Of a stretch of DNA of 64,000 nt, positions 25,450 through 41,688 are shown in pieces. Location of the stretch: contig OZ024751.1 in NCBI GenBank assembly GCA_964016885.1, forward strand, positions 23,684,001 through 23,748,000. Direction: 5' to 3'. Position numbers and translations under genes: made by a program. Within the stretch, counting starts at the first letter, position 1; each line of letters begins with the position of its first letter. The notes under the pieces are model-generated. The model worked only from the letters and a program-made list of their open reading frames with translations. It was not told where the DNA came from and ran no database searches. The DNA is from Eledone cirrhosa. Lineage: Eukaryota.

Positions 25450-26467
25450 AATGAATAATAACAGGTAGACATCATATGATTTCTACCTGTTATTATTCAT
25501 TCTTTATATACACTCCGGAATACAGAAGGATCAGGAACTAAATTTCTTCAACAATTCTTCCATAACTCGTAGAGTAATCTGTCACCGTGCGTCAACCATA
25601 TCTAGTGTAGTAATTAACCATTACTACATATTGGATAATCCTATACCTAATAATATATATATATATATATATATATAGGAACAAGTAAGACCCCGACGGC
25701 TGAGCTCAAGCCGTTACGACAGCTAATTCTGGAACGTTATATGGAACGTTTTGACGTCTAACTTATACAGATACCGGAGCAGACACTTTAGGACAGGCTT
25801 ATAACCAATTTGATGAAACCCAGGACTGAAATACCAGCTATTTTCTCAGAGCAGGAAAAGTGAAAAATGAATTTGCTGCTAGTTCTTGACCAGTGTACTT
25901 ATTTTATTCATCCTGGACTGATGAATGGTGAAGATGGCGTCGGTTTCGAACTGAACTCATTGTACGAAGAAACGCAACGATTTATCCACTAGGTGTGATA
26001 TATTCTTACAGAGCACGGCACTATGTTAACGCTGGGGCATCCTACATTTTAGCGATATACCTTTATCAATTGCAGTGACAGTGTTATCCGAGACGAAGAA
26101 GAAAGCATTCCATCTAATACATTTGACGAAGAAACGTAGCGATAAACCAACTAGGTATGGTGTATTCTTTAACATCACGACACTATGTTTTATTTATTGG
26201 TATTTTTGTGCAAAACTTTTACGTAATTGTGTAATTACATATTCTTTTTTATGTGTTTGTTTATATATATATACATATATATATATAAAAGTAAGTAAGT
26301 AAAAAATTTTTTAAACATTTTTTAAAAGATATTTTCTTATTTTACGTCTTTTATATTATTGTTCTGCACCCTCCTGCATTGAACCACCTAGGTACTATGA
26401 CATAACCTGTGTATTTGCTGGCATGGACGTACATCTGTGCGCCTATGTTAGTTGATATATTAAATTA

Positions 26468-26523
<56 letters not shown>

Positions 26524-26706
26524 AACCAGTAAGACACCGACAGCTGAGCTCAAGCCGTTTCGACGGCTAATTCCAGAATTAGCCGTCGAAACGGCTTGAG
26601 CTCAGCTGTCGGGGTCTTACTGGTTCCTATTACCCACTCTACTACCCCAAGTATTGAGTACTTTGGTGCGTTATGGTCCACCTGGTTCCTTACCACATTT
26701 CCTTCG

Positions 26707-26748
<42 letters not shown>

Positions 26749-26901
26749 TTCACCCCACTATGTCGCATTTCAGGCAAATCTCTTCTACTGTAACCTTGGT
26801 TTTGGTTCTAATAGGTCTGCTATACACCACTACAGTTCTTATATATTTGATATATATTTCTCGTTATCGAGCCCTCTTTGGATTTTAGTCTTTAAATTTA
26901 T

Positions 26902-26961
<60 letters not shown>

Positions 26962-27186
26962 ATTTATGTATGGGTATGTGTCTATATGTATATGTATGTA
27001 TGTGTGTATGTGTAAATATATATATATGTTTATATATATATATATGTATGCATATATATATGTATATATATGTATATATGCATATGTATATGTATAGTGT
27101 AATTACATAATTTTTATATGTATGTGTGTGTTTTTATTTATATATGTGTATGTATGTATATATGTCTATGTGTATGTATATGTATG

Positions 27187-27220
<34 letters not shown>

Positions 27221-27226
<6 letters not shown>

Positions 27227-27656
27227 TTGTAGCTCTGAAATAGCAATATATATATGGATGTAAATATAATGTATCTTGCAATACACTTTATGCTTAATTA
27301 AAAGCATTTTGAAGACCGTAAGCTATTGTTTTAAAGTAGTGACAAATTCACTCACTTCGATCTCAGCAAACAGGAGGAGATAAGCCGACATGACATGTTT
27401 CGCTTTTGTTGAAGCTTATCAAGGCCAACTACCCCGCCCGTCTGCTGAGATCAATGATGTTATATTCTTATAGAAATCTAGTAAATAATCAGGAGCTGAT
27501 TATGCAGAGCGAAACATGTCATGTCGGCTTATCTCCTCCTGTTTGCTGAGATCGAAGTGAGTGAATTTGTTACTACTTTAAAACAATAGCTTACGGTCTT
27601 CAAAATGCTTTTAATTAAGCATAAAGTGTATTGCAAAATACATTATATTTACATCC

Positions 27657-27660
<4 letters not shown>
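27221..27660. mobile_element. Foldback insertion with 153 bp inverted arms (27252-27404 / 27508-27660) and hammerhead-like cores
   Basis: Arms nearly identical; absent from the paralogous (TA)n tracts near 16540 and 40280. Confidence 0.8.
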
Positions 27661-27688
<28 letters not shown>

Positions 27689-27749
27689 GTATCTATTTGT
27701 TTATGTGCGTATATATGTATTTATGCATGTGCGTGTGCGTATGTGTTTA

Positions 27750-27834
<85 letters not shown>

Positions 27835-28759
27835 TTATATTTTTTAGTTTTTGCTTCTTTCTTTGCACTTTTATGTATACATGTATGTATATGTTTGTGC
27901 ATATTTTATGTGTGTATGTGTGTATGTGTATGCGTCTATACATAATTGTGTGTTTATATATATATGCAGAAATTATATTTAATTTGTTGGGATTCCAAAA
28001 AACTTAAAAGTTTATAACTTATATAGAGCACTCAAAAGCTACCTGGCGTTTCGAAAACATTAGCAGTACATATGCAAGCGTATAGATAATGCAAATCTGT
28101 TAGTCATGTACAGAATAGATAATTAGGAAACAGGCAATGGTAAAACATCTGATGTATTTACATTGAGAAAAATCCCAGACCCTCCATCTGAACTTTACTT
28201 TTGAAAAGCAGAAGAATCGCGAAACCGGTAAAGGAACCAAATAAATATATATATATATTTAAAAATAAGACTCCAGTTGCATTATCCATTTCATCTCTTT
28301 TTCTTTATATATATATATAATAATATTATTATTTATTCTTATATAATTATAAACAGGATAGGTCAGTAATTCATTACTACCTTATTATCAGTAAGAAAAA
28401 TAGCTCAATGTAAATACATCAGATGTTTTACCATTGCCTGTTTCCTAATTATCTATTCTATACATGACTAACAGATTTGCACTCTCTATACGCTTGCATA
28501 TGTACTGCTAATGTCCCCGTTTTGCGTGTAACTTGCTGCCTTAATGCCTCTTTAATTGTTATACTATTCTTTTGTAATCTTTGTCACATCTACTGACACT
28601 GACCTTAACATCTCCACTCTGTAAATATGAAACTCTTGATGACAACATGACAACATTAATATCTCTTTGCTAGTGCTCCGATGATTCCAAACGAAAGTTT
28701 AGAACAAACGATTGTCATCAATAAAATGTGTTGAAGATAGTTCTGATTATTCTGTAATT

Positions 28760-28792
<33 letters not shown>

Positions 28793-28841
28793 GTAATTAT
28801 GTATTTATATATGTATATTTATATTTGTATTTATGTATATA

Positions 28842-28888
<47 letters not shown>

Positions 28889-29148
28889 ACTGTGGCAACT
28901 GTCTATGCTTGTGACGTTGTCACCCTTATATTAGTGTTTGAAAGCTGGTCACCATTAGCATAGTTTATGAATTTTACTTCAAGCTTTGATTTAGATTGTA
29001 TTTTCTTACAAGTCTCTCTTTGATTTCAGGTAGACGATTCTTCTGGTTACTATAAAACCTTGTATATCTGTAACAGAGACACATTTCTTCAATAAGAACC
29101 TAAGAACTTGAAAACTACTATTTCCTGCAGATATTGTTACTGAAATAT

Positions 29149-29211
<63 letters not shown>

Positions 29212-29357
29212 TCCCTCTCTCTCACTCACCCTCGGTATATATATATATATATATATATGTGTATGTATATACTCAGCCTGTGAATCGAATATTCATTTTG
29301 GTGCAGTAATTTACTGAATCACATACATTTACACACACACACACACATACACACACA

Positions 29358-29502
<145 letters not shown>

Positions 29503-29801
29503 CCAGACAGACACATACACATATATTCATATATAATGAAACACGACTTCCTAAATGATAAAAAAGATGGACTATTTAATATATTATTATAGAATCCTCG
29601 TATATGTTAACAATCTGTTCTTATTATAACTTTTACTTGCGCCTATAACAGTGACCTAACACTTACTAAATGAAACACATAAAACTTTGACAAATTAATA
29701 TTTATATTTATTAGAGAAAGTTAATATTTAATGGAGTGAATTTATTTGTATCAGAGACATTAATACAAAAACTAACATTGGTTCGTTTACAAATAGGAAA
29801 G

Positions 29802-30998
29802 ATGATGTTGATAAACTATTTTGTTTTAATCCTGACAGCAACTCTATCGCTAGTAAATCTCAGTCCTACGCGCGAAGATGAAATTCAACTACATACTAAC
29901 TTGTTATCCACTTATAACAAACAAATAAGGCCTGTTTCTAATTTGAATAAATCTGTCGATATAAATGTTGAGTTATACATTGACACACTCTATAATTTCG
30001 ATTTTGTAAATAACCTACTAATTGCACGATACTTCATTATCTTTTACTGGGAAGATGAACTGCTGAGATGGAATCCAGAAGATTACCATAATCTCACATA
30101 TACATTCTTACCGAAAGCTAAGGTATGGACACCAGGTGTCATAATGTGTAATACAATGAAGGAATTAAACGATAAAGATATATTTTTACAGGTAATAGTT
30201 TATAATAATGGGTGGATAGAAATGAGGACACAAAAATTAATAAAGACATATTGTGAAGCAGATGCTTACACCTACCCATTTGATAATCAGAAGTGTCCAA
30301 TCACCATATGTGTCGCTATGCACGAACCTCGGCATACTAAATTTATTTCAATTCAGTGCTATTTCAATACAACGGATAAAAACTACCAATGGGGTATGAG
30401 GATGGATGGTCAAGTAGGCGCAAATATGGACAGATACAGCTACGTAACAGCTTCGATATCCTTACAACGTAAACTCACACTAGCTATTATGGCTATGCTA
30501 AGTCCAGCTATAATGATGACACTTTTAACTATCTTTGTGTTTCTCCTGCCCCCTGAATCAGGAGAGAAAGTCTCTTTAGCAACAACGATATTTTTATCAA
30601 ATGTCTTATACCTCGTTCAAATAGATAAAACGACGCCTAAAAACTCAAGATCCCCTTCACTTCTGATGTTGTATTTAATGTTGTTATCAATGTTCAGTGG
30701 AGTCGCCGCACTTGGTTCAGTGGTTATCAGTAAATTGTATGTAAAGCAATCAGCCAAGGAAAAGAATTCATCGGCTTTAGATCAAAATAATACCAAACCT
30801 CAGGTTAACAAAATTGCTGATGTTTCACTAATTTCCACAGCACAACCCTACCCCATCATGACACAGGAAAGGTCAAATTTAAAACAATGGTTCTCTGACT
30901 ACGTACGACTGGATGATATATTTCTAAAACTTAGCGTTGTAACATCAATAATAATTGCAATATCATTTGTAAGTTTGTTGTTTACAGCTCCGGTTTAA
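29802..30998 (+). CDS. Chemotactile receptor (CRT-type), paralog 4, 398 aa
   Basis: First ATG 29802; Cys-loop [15 protein letters not shown]; GEK; four TM segments; intact. Confidence 0.93.
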   Translation: MMLINYFVLILTATLSLVNLSPTREDEIQLHTNLLSTYNKQIRPVSNLNKSVDINVELYIDTLYNFDFVNNLLIARYFIIFYWEDELLRWNPEDYHNLTYTFLPKAKVWTPGVIMCNTMKELNDKDIFLQVIVYNNGWIEMRTQKLIKTYCEADAYTYPFDNQKCPITICVAMHEPRHTKFISIQCYFNTTDKNYQWGMRMDGQVGANMDRYSYVTASISLQRKLTLAIMAMLSPAIMMTLLTIFVFLLPPESGEKVSLATTIFLSNVLYLVQIDKTTPKNSRSPSLLMLYLMLLSMFSGVAALGSVVISKLYVKQSAKEKNSSALDQNNTKPQVNKIADVSLISTAQPYPIMTQERSNLKQWFSDYVRLDDIFLKLSVVTSIIIAISFVSLLFTAPV

Positions 30999-31124
30999 GT
31001 AATTCTAAAATATTGAAAAATATACTTTACGTACACTCATACATAGTTATTTCAGAGCACCAATAAGAGTATATATATATCAATGATGTATATATATATA
31101 TGTATATACATATATACATATATG

Positions 31125-31309
<185 letters not shown>

Positions 31310-31375
31310 GTACATATATCATATATATATATAATATAGTACATATATATATATATATGTACTATATTATATAGA

Positions 31376-31560
31376 GGACGGTGGATTGGCAGTATCGGTA
31401 GAGAGTCGGACGCCATGCTTTCCAGTATAGTTACGTCCCCTTACAGTCTGAGTTCAAATCCCGCCGAGGTTTACTTTGCCTTTCATCCTTACGGGGTCGA
31501 TAACATAAAGTACCAGTAATACACTGTTATTTGCTGGCCTTGTGTCTAAAGTAGAAACAA
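31376..31560 (+). mobile_element. tRNA-derived SINE
   Basis: Full-length copy with A/B boxes. Confidence 0.85.
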
Positions 31561-31897
31561 CTATATTATAGATATATATATAATATTATATACATAATAT
31601 ATTATATATATATAATATATATATATAATATTTATATATATAATATTTATATATATATATATAATATACTAGTTATATATATATTATATATATAGTAATA
31701 ATAATAATAATAATAACACTTTAATCTGTTATTTTAATAAATATATTATATATATATATATTTTATATATATATATATATAAATGTATAATATATATATA
31801 TATATGTATATATATATTGTTATACTTTGGGAGGGTCATGTTGCCAATAAGATGTATATATATATATATATATAATATATATTTATAATATATAAAT

Positions 31898-32079
31898 AAT
31901 TGTTTCTACATTAGGCACAACGCCAGCAATTACCCAGTGCATTACTGGTACTTTATTTTATCGACCCCATAAGGATGAAAGGCAGTTGAACCTCGGCGGG
32001 ATTTGAACTCAGATCGTAAAGGGACATAACTATGCTGGAAAGCATGGCCTCCGACCCTCTACCGATACTGCCAATCCAC
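31898..32079 (-). mobile_element. tRNA-derived SINE
   Basis: Full-length reverse copy. Confidence 0.85.
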
Positions 32080-32111
<32 letters not shown>

Positions 32112-32686
32112 CATAATTTTATATATGTATATTATACATATAATATATATATGTATATATGATACATTATATATGATATATGATATATATATCAATTATA
32201 TATACGTTATATATAATTTGCTTAAAATTTAATCTGTTCTTTTAATAAATATTTAATTTACTTGTTTTATACATATTTATATCTATATAATCCCTTCACT
32301 CTTCACATTTATTCTTATTACTATATATATATCAATGGAAACTATATTTATGAAACCATATTTATTCTATTATATATATTTCAATGGTACCAGAACTAAC
32401 GTACGTTCTCATCAGATGAAAATCAAAGTTTGTTTCATAAATATATGACATACCCAGGAATGAACCCTTAACGGATCAAGTTTCGTCGTGATATAACCCA
32501 CCAGCGCTCTCCTATATTATATATATATATAGTAATAATAATAATAATAACAATAATAACAATAATATTAACACTTTAATCTCTTATTTTAATAAATATA
32601 TCATATTTATATATTTTATATATATATAAATATATAATATATATATATATTATATATATTATAAATATATTATATGTATATAATAT

Positions 32687-32746
<60 letters not shown>

Positions 32747-32982
32747 TATACATATAATATATTTATAATATATATAATATAGTAGAGCACTGGAGGTCTA
32801 TATCCTTAGTAGTAGACCACTCTCTCCATGGAACAAGATTGGTAGAAGTAGTTCCACAACAGTTAGTTCACTATATCGGATAGAGCTGACTATCCGAATA
32901 AGGTGAAACATTTGTTCTCGGGATGGTGTACTAACTGTTGTGGAACTACATCTATAATATATATATATATATATATATTATT

Positions 32983-33718
32983 TTGGTTGGTCAATAATTA
33001 TAATAAATTTCGCGCCAGTTCGCGTTACAAAGTTCTTCAACCAGGGGTGGGGTGGGGCTCAGGTTGTTTTTTTCATATATGAATGTTTGAATTTCTTTTT
33101 ATTTAAAAAAACGGGGCTCACGAAGGCCTTTTTTTTAAATAAACGTAATTTGATTGCTTATAAATGAAATTATGACTGTTAGGTGAACAAGTTTTCATGA
33201 AATTTCGTGCCCGTATTTGGAAATTTATTCTGTAGCCTCTTTTAGAGAATTTTATGACAAGAAAAAGATAATGGTCAAGAGAAATGGGATGGAAGAATTG
33301 TTCTGGTTCAGTGAATATAGTTAGTTCGCTGGGGTGATAGAATTCAGATTTTCTATTGAAAGAAAGAAAGTAAAGATATGTATGTTTATTTGTGTGCTTA
33401 TGTGTGTGTATGTGTGTGTGTTGTGTGTGTGTGTTTGAATTTCTTTTACTTAAAAAAGGTCACAGAATAAATTTCCAAATACTGGCGCGAAATTTAATGG
33501 AGACTTGTTCACGTGACAGAATAATTTCATTTATAACCAATCAAATTACGTTTATTAAAAAAAAAAAGCTTTCGTGAGCCCCCTTTTTTTAAGTAAAAAG
33601 AAATTCAAAGTCTCATATATGAAAAAAAAAAAACCTTAGCCCCCCCCCCCCCACCCTTGTTTGAAGAACTTTGTAACGCAAACTGGCGCGAAATTTATTA
33701 TAATTATTGACCAACCAA
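32983..33718. mobile_element. Long-TIR foldback/MITE-like element (~250 bp arms 32983-33233 / 33462-33718); copy ~46586-47290
   Basis: TTGGTTGGTCAATAATTATAATAAATTTCGCGCCAG... mirrored by ...CTGGCGCGAAATTTATTATAATTATTGACCAACCAA. Confidence 0.75.
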
Positions 33719-35167
33719 TCAAATTACTTCTCTAAAAACCTGGCGTTTCGAGCCACTTTTTTCCATATAAAACAAGTAACATTCAAAGACCAACCAGATG
33801 TGAGAAAAACAACAGACCCTCCATCTCAACTCTACGTTTGAAAAGCAGAAGAACTGCGAAAACGGTAAAGATATCTACAAACCACTCTCTCCTATTTCTC
33901 CAACCCCTGCATATCTTTCTCTCTCTCTCCCTCTCCCCTACTTTTCTCTCTTACTTTTCTACTCTATCTTCTCCAACAACCCCACTTAATGGTATTTACA
34001 TTGTACATTTTAACCATTCTGCTTTGAGGATACAGTGGTCACAGCATTGGATATTTGAGTTCTGCAAATAGTCGTAAATTTGGACATAGCATAACTTGGC
34101 TGTAGTACCACCGTGGAAACATTTGTAAGCACACGGAATAAATTACCTTTTTATGATGTCTACCTGTTATTATTCATTCTTTATATATATATATATATAT
34201 ATATATACTTATATCCAGATATATACATATTTGATTACTCCGGTATGTTTGTTCAAGCCTTGTATAATAAAATTGTAATATTGTAATAATTATCTGAATA
34301 AAATATTTCAACAAAATATTTTTTACTTTGTATAATTTTATAACACACATTTTATAACTCTATTCCATTAAGTTTGTTGTTCGATGCTCTACTGATTACA
34401 GCAACAAAGTAAATAGCAACATCTCTTTTCGTGTAGTGAGCAAGGAGGTGAGGGAAATGAGTCACATTTGTCTCAAATTTGACGTGATTTTCATTGAATG
34501 AATAGAAGCATATAATTTGGTATGTTGACAAATCAATATATAGTAAGAAATATTCCTACACTATCCTGAGATATGGTGTATATCTTCTCAAATAAAAGAT
34601 GAATATAAATCGATTACATGCATGGTCCAGTTAGTTCTGAGAGCCTCATATGGGTGCCGTATTCACAGAGGATATTTCTAGGTCATGTTGAAAAGCTGGC
34701 TGAGCTCATCTCATACAGTCGATTATTTACAGAGAAAGAAAAAAAGGTTGAGAGAAGAGAAGTGAGAAAAAAGGCACCGAGGAAGACTCGACCCCAGAAC
34801 TTGACTGATACTTTTTTTATCGACCTCAAATGGACGAAAGGCTAAGTTGCCCTCGGTGGGATTTGAATTCAGTAAGCTGAGAGCCGAAACGAATACCGCA
34901 GAGTATTCTTTCTAACGACTCTGTCATAGGTTTTGTTTTATTAAATATAGCTAAATAGAAGAAAAACCCCGCTACGAAATATCTTTGAAGAAAATCAAAC
35001 TCTCAGAGTATGTTTTGCTGACCAAGTTAGTCTCATGGAATAACCAAACGAGGTTTATTTTTCTACATATTCCTAGAAAAAAAAGATTTAACATTAATAC
35101 ATGCAACAATTTACAGCTCAAGCATATCTCATTCATAGTCAACCTATGAACTTTTCAGCCAACCCTC

Positions 35168-35205
<38 letters not shown>

Positions 35206-35532
35206 TAAAATAACAGATTAAAGTTTAAGCAAAGAATCGCTGCTTTCACCCTTAACGGGGTCTTCTGAAACTAACAAAGTCAATCTGTAAACGCAGAACT
35301 GGATATTTCAAAAAACGTTGCAACCGGAGGAAGGCAGGAAGACGATACTTTGGTATATATATATATATTTATATGTAATAATAATAAATCTGAAGACAAA
35401 AATCCATATGTATATATATGTATACAGCGATTCATTGCATAAACTTTAATCTGTTATTTCAATATATATATATATAGTGTAATAATAATAAATTTGATTA
35501 TTTGCTTAAATTTTAATCTGTTATTTTAATAA

Positions 35533-35581
<49 letters not shown>

Positions 35582-36640
35582 TAGCTGAATTATCCGCGCC
35601 TTGTACCGTTTCACAGATTTTCTCTGTAAGAAAATGATGATTGATTTTAAATCAGTGACATAATTTATGGAGAAAAACTCTGCATTTCAATGTTACTCAA
35701 TGTAAAATGTAATGCATGAAAAACTGCAAAACATTATGTTTTGTAATATATCAAATCTAAATTATATTATTAAATCTTACTCTTATTTTGTGTCTTGTAG
35801 ATAATTTTTTTCAAAATATAAATTCAAACCTTTTGTGAATAGGCAACATATCTTGTCATCTACCTATAGTTTACATTTCATATAAATAGAAGGGAAAACA
35901 TTTCAGCTGGCGTTTGTGCCTCCGGGAACCCTAATAGGCGCTTTAACCCCCATTAGGGAGTCGTAGTATTATTGAAATTTGCTGAAATTTTGTGAATAAA
36001 CATCATATCTTCTCATTTACCTTTGGTTTCAAATTCATATAAATCGAAGGTTAAGAAGTTTCAGCGGGGATTTGTGCCCCTGGAGAACCCTTGGAATAAA
36101 ATGAAATATACTTATCCAAGTACCCTGGGCAATGTAGTTTCAGAATATATATGGTTATATAACCATAGAAGTAGTTCTAGAACAAACAAACAGACAGAAA
36201 TACAACTTTATATATATATGTTTATACTTGGGGAGGGTCATATTGTTGTAATAATATTGCCAGAAATAATAACAGAACACACTCACTGTTTGAAAAGAGT
36301 GAGGACCCCGATGGCTGAACTCCGGCCGTTTGGACAGCTAGGTCTGTTCAGACCAAACTGTCCAATCGGCCGGAGCCGTCTTTTGCTATTATCCACTCCA
36401 CAATCCTACTTTTTCGACGACCCTTGTAAGTTCTTCTGACGGAAATTGGTAGACTGAATAGAGCAGATTTCTTCCAGAGAAAGATAGAGAGAGAGAGAAG
36501 AAGTGTGAAATAGATATAGAAGAAGAACCTACCCTAGTACTAAGTCACGTTGGCTAATATACTCCTACGTTTAACTAATAGCTTTTGCACTATTTAGATT
36601 GACGATGAGTTTAACACCATCACCATCACCATCATTTTCG

Positions 36641-36701
<61 letters not shown>

Positions 36702-37266
36702 TGCCATCACCATCATCACCATCATCATCATTATCATCATCGAGAATAACAACAACCTAATCATTATCCTTGTAGTCAAAACAAAGCTAAAAAAAGAAAG
36801 CAACAAATCTGTACAAAGGAACTATGGAAAGAAGTCACTAGAAAAAAACGATACCAAGCGACAAATTGATACGAAGATCGATTTATTGAATAAGGAAGCG
36901 ATATAATATATGAAACATCCGGGTTGCTAGAAAACGTATGAGACGAGAGAAAATATATTTAAGCAGCGTTTATTGTTCTTGACCACAGATGGTAAGAGTG
37001 GTGCTTGTTGGTTTGGGTGGTAATTGTAAATATAAAAATAAATATAAATATATATATGCACATACATAACAATACAGATACTGACACACACACGCACTCA
37101 CACGCACACGCACACACATACACACCCCCGCACACACACCCCCGCACACACACATAGAGATGTATATATATATATATTCATATAAATATATAGTTTTAAT
37201 ACTAGCCCCATTGCATGCGCAACCATTTTTCTTACCTTATATATATATATATTCATATAAATATAT

Positions 37267-38130
37267 AAGGTAAGAAAAATGGTCGCGCATGCAATAGGGG
37301 CTAGTATTAAAACTACCCTAAAGGGCCACATATTCAAATTCAACGAAATGATCTACACCCAAAATGAGGGACCAGCCATTGGTGTCAGCATAGCTGTGAC
37401 GTTGCCAACCTTTTTATGATATGGTGGGAAAGGAGACTCAAAGATCTCCTTGATGAGACCTCCATAGACCTCATCATGTACTCTCGTTACGTAGACGATA
37501 TTAATATAGTAATAAGGACACCCCCACACGAGAGTACTAACAAGTATGATTTAGAATGTAGCACAATGGAAAGCATCCGGCAGATAGCTAACTCTATACA
37601 CCAGAGTATAACTGTAACTATCGACTACCCTTCCAAACACCCTAACAGTAGACTACCTGTATTAGACACGGAACTCTGGATTAACACTATAGACGCAAGG
37701 CCCAAATTCTCCACTCACACTACGCAAAACCCATGGCCTCCAAAAACCTGATACTCAAAAACTCAGCAATGTCCAGTAGTGCTAAGTTTAATATTGTGAT
37801 CTCAGACTTGGTACGAGTGATGAAGAACGTGTCCCGCATATGCGACCCAACAGAAATGGAAAGACACATCCAACACTTCATCAACCGCATGCAGTTCTCT
37901 GGCCTCAACCAAAGAGACAGAATCAGAGTATACAAAGGAGCCACGGAGAAGTATAAGACCCTGATAGAACTGGACATGAAAGTAATTTGTCCATTATACA
38001 GGAGCAAATCATGGAATAGCTTAGATAGGGAATGCCACCTCACGGTACGACAATCTGGAGGGAAATTAGCTAACCAGTGTAGAAAGGCTCTGAGAAAGAC
38101 CTGGTTAAAAATTAAAGTGGTAGAAAAGTC
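37267..38130 (+). pseudogene. Penelope-like element RT fragment (duplicate; YVDD intact)
   Basis: QNEGPAIGVS, YSRYVDDI, LPVLDT, KPMASK motifs; same frameshifts as 23968-24830. Confidence 0.78.
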
Positions 38131-38390
38131 ACGCAAACGCAAACGCATGCGCAGAGAAGAAGACAAAAATAAATAAATAAATAAACAAATAAAATGAAAA
38201 TGGCGTACATATGTCTCCCTCACCATCCTCTAGGGCAGCGTTTCCTCCCTTCTGTTCGCTGGGACCATCAGACAGATATTAATAATTGATATTTATCAGA
38301 AATTGTGTGAAAGGACCTACAACACTCATCTAAGGTTTTATCAAAATTGAATATCTGTAAGTGATTATGTAATTGACCAATGTATATTAT

Positions 38391-38433
<43 letters not shown>

Positions 38434-38657
38434 TGTGTGTGTCTGTGTGTGTGTATTAATGTGTGTGTGTATTTAATGAAATATGTACAAAGGAGAGAAT
38501 CATTATTGAAAGTTGTCTATATTTGAATTTCTCGTTAAATATTAATTTGTTACCTACTTAGCTATGTGTACTTCCACTCTACAAATTAAAATTATCTCCT
38601 GTGATCGTTTGGTGTGTTTATCTTAAATATATACATGTCAATCGATTTACTTGAATC

Positions 38658-38706
<49 letters not shown>

Positions 38707-39518
38707 AATGAATAATAACAGGTAGACATCATATGATTTCTACCTGTTATTATTCATTCTTTATATACACTCCGGAATACAGAAGGATCAGGAACTAAAT
38801 TTCTTCAACAATTCTTCCATAACTCGTAGAGTAATCTGTCACCGTGCGTCAACCATATCTAGTGTAGTAATTAACCATTACTACATATTGGATAATCCTA
38901 TACCTAATAATATATATATATATATATATATATAGGAACAAGTAAGACCCCGACGGCTGAGCTCAAGCCGTTACGACAGCTAATTCTGGAACGTTATATG
39001 GAACGTTTTGACGTCTAACTTATACAGATGCCGGAGCAGACACTTTAGGACAGGCTTATAACCAATTTGATGAAACCCAGGACTGAAATACCAGCTATTT
39101 CCTCAGAGCAGGAAAAGAGAAAAATGAATTTGCTGCTAGTTCTTGACTAGTGTACTTATTTTATTCATCCTGGACTGATGAATGGTGAAGATAGCGTCAG
39201 TTTCGAACTGAACTCATTGTACGAAGAAACGCAACGATTTATCCACTAGATGTGATGCATTCTTTCAGAGCACGGCACTATATTAACGCTGGGGTATCCT
39301 ACATTTTAGCGACATACCTTTATCAATTGCAGTGACAGTGTTATCCGAGACGAAGAAGAAAGCATTCCATCTAATACATTTGACGAAGAAACGTAGCGAT
39401 AAACCAACTAGGTATGGTGTATTCTTTAAGATCACGACACTATGTTTTATTTATTGGTATTTTTGTGCAAAACTTTTACGTAATTGTGTAATTACATATT
39501 CTTTTTTATGTGTTTGTT

Positions 39519-39586
<68 letters not shown>

Positions 39587-39769
39587 AACCAGTAAGACCC
39601 CGACAGCTGAGCCCAAGCCGTTTCGACGGCTAATTCCAGAATTAGCCGTCGAAACGGCTTGAGCTCAGCTGTCGGGGTCTTACTGGTTCCTATTTCTCAC
39701 TCTACTACCCCAAGTATTGAGTACTTTGGTGCGTTATGGTCCACCTGGTTCCTTACCACATTTCCTTCG

Positions 39770-39815
<46 letters not shown>

Positions 39816-39968
39816 TTCACCCCACTATGTCGCACTACAGGCAAATCTCTTCTACTGTAACCTTGGTTTTGGTTCTAATAGGTCTGCTATACACCACTAC
39901 AGTTCTTATATATTTGATATATATTTCTCGTTATCGAGCCCTCTTTGGATTTTAGTATTTAAATTTAT

Positions 39969-40014
<46 letters not shown>

Positions 40015-40243
40015 ATTTATGTATGGGTATGTGTCTATATGTATATGTATGTATGTGTGTATGTGTAAATATATATATATGTTTATATATATATGTATGC
40101 ATATATATATGTATATATATATATATATGTATATATGCATATGTATATGTATAGTGTAATTACATAGTTTTTATATGTATGTGTGTGTTTTTATTTATAT
40201 ATGAGCATGTATGTATATATGTCTATGTGTATGTATATGTATG

Positions 40244-40302
<59 letters not shown>

Positions 40303-40403
40303 GTATGTATCTGTGTGTGTACATATGCATGTGTTTATGTGCGTATATATGTATACATGCATGGACGTTTGCGTATGTGTATATATAAATATATATATAT
40401 ATT

Positions 40404-40500
<97 letters not shown>

Positions 40501-40982
40501 TTATATTTTTTAGTTTTTGCTTCTCTCTTTGCACTTTTATGTATACATGTATGTATATGTTTGTGCATATTTTATGTGTGTATGTGTGTGTTTGTGTGTA
40601 TGCGTATATACATAATTGTGTGTTTATATATATATATATGCAGAAATTATGTTTAATTTGTTGGGATTCCAAAAAACTTAAAAGTGTATAACTGATATAG
40701 AGCACTCAACAGCTACCTGGCGTTTCGAAAACATTAGCAGTACATATGCAAGCGTATAGATAGTGCAAATCTGTTAGTCATGTACAGAATAGATAATTAG
40801 GAAACAGGCAATGGTAAAACATCTGATGTAATTACATTGAGAAAAATCACAGACCCTCTCTCTGAACTTTACTTTTGTAAAGCAGAAGAACTGCGAAAAC
40901 GGTAAAGGAACCAAATAAATATATATATATATTTAAAAATAAGACTCCAGTTGCATTTTCCATTTCATATTTTTTTTTTATA

Positions 40983-41046
<64 letters not shown>

Positions 41047-41599
41047 TATATAATAATATTATTATTTATTCTTATATAATTATAAACAGGATAGGTCAGT
41101 AATTCATTACTACCTTATTATCAGTAAGAAAAATAGCTCAATGTAAATACATCAGATGTTTTACCATTGCCTGTTTCCTAATTATCTATTCTGTACATGA
41201 CTAACAGATGTGCACTCTCTCTACGCTTGCATATGTACTGCTAATGTACCCGTTTTGCGAGTAACTTTCTGCCTTAATGCCTCTTTAATTGTTATACTAT
41301 TCTTTTGTAATCTTTGTCACATCTACTGACACTGATCTTAACATCTCCACTCTGTAAATATGAAACTGTTGATGACAACATTAATATCTATGTATCTATA
41401 TGAGTGTTCTGTCTAATAGGAAGTTAATTATATTTCTAAACTTTGCTAGTGATCCGATGATTCCAAACGAAAGTTTGGAACAAACGATTTTCATCAATAA
41501 AATGTTTTGAACATAGTTTTGATTATTCTGTAATTTATATATATATATATATATATGTAATTATGTATTTATATATGTATATTTATATTTGTATTTATG

Positions 41600-41688
<89 letters not shown>

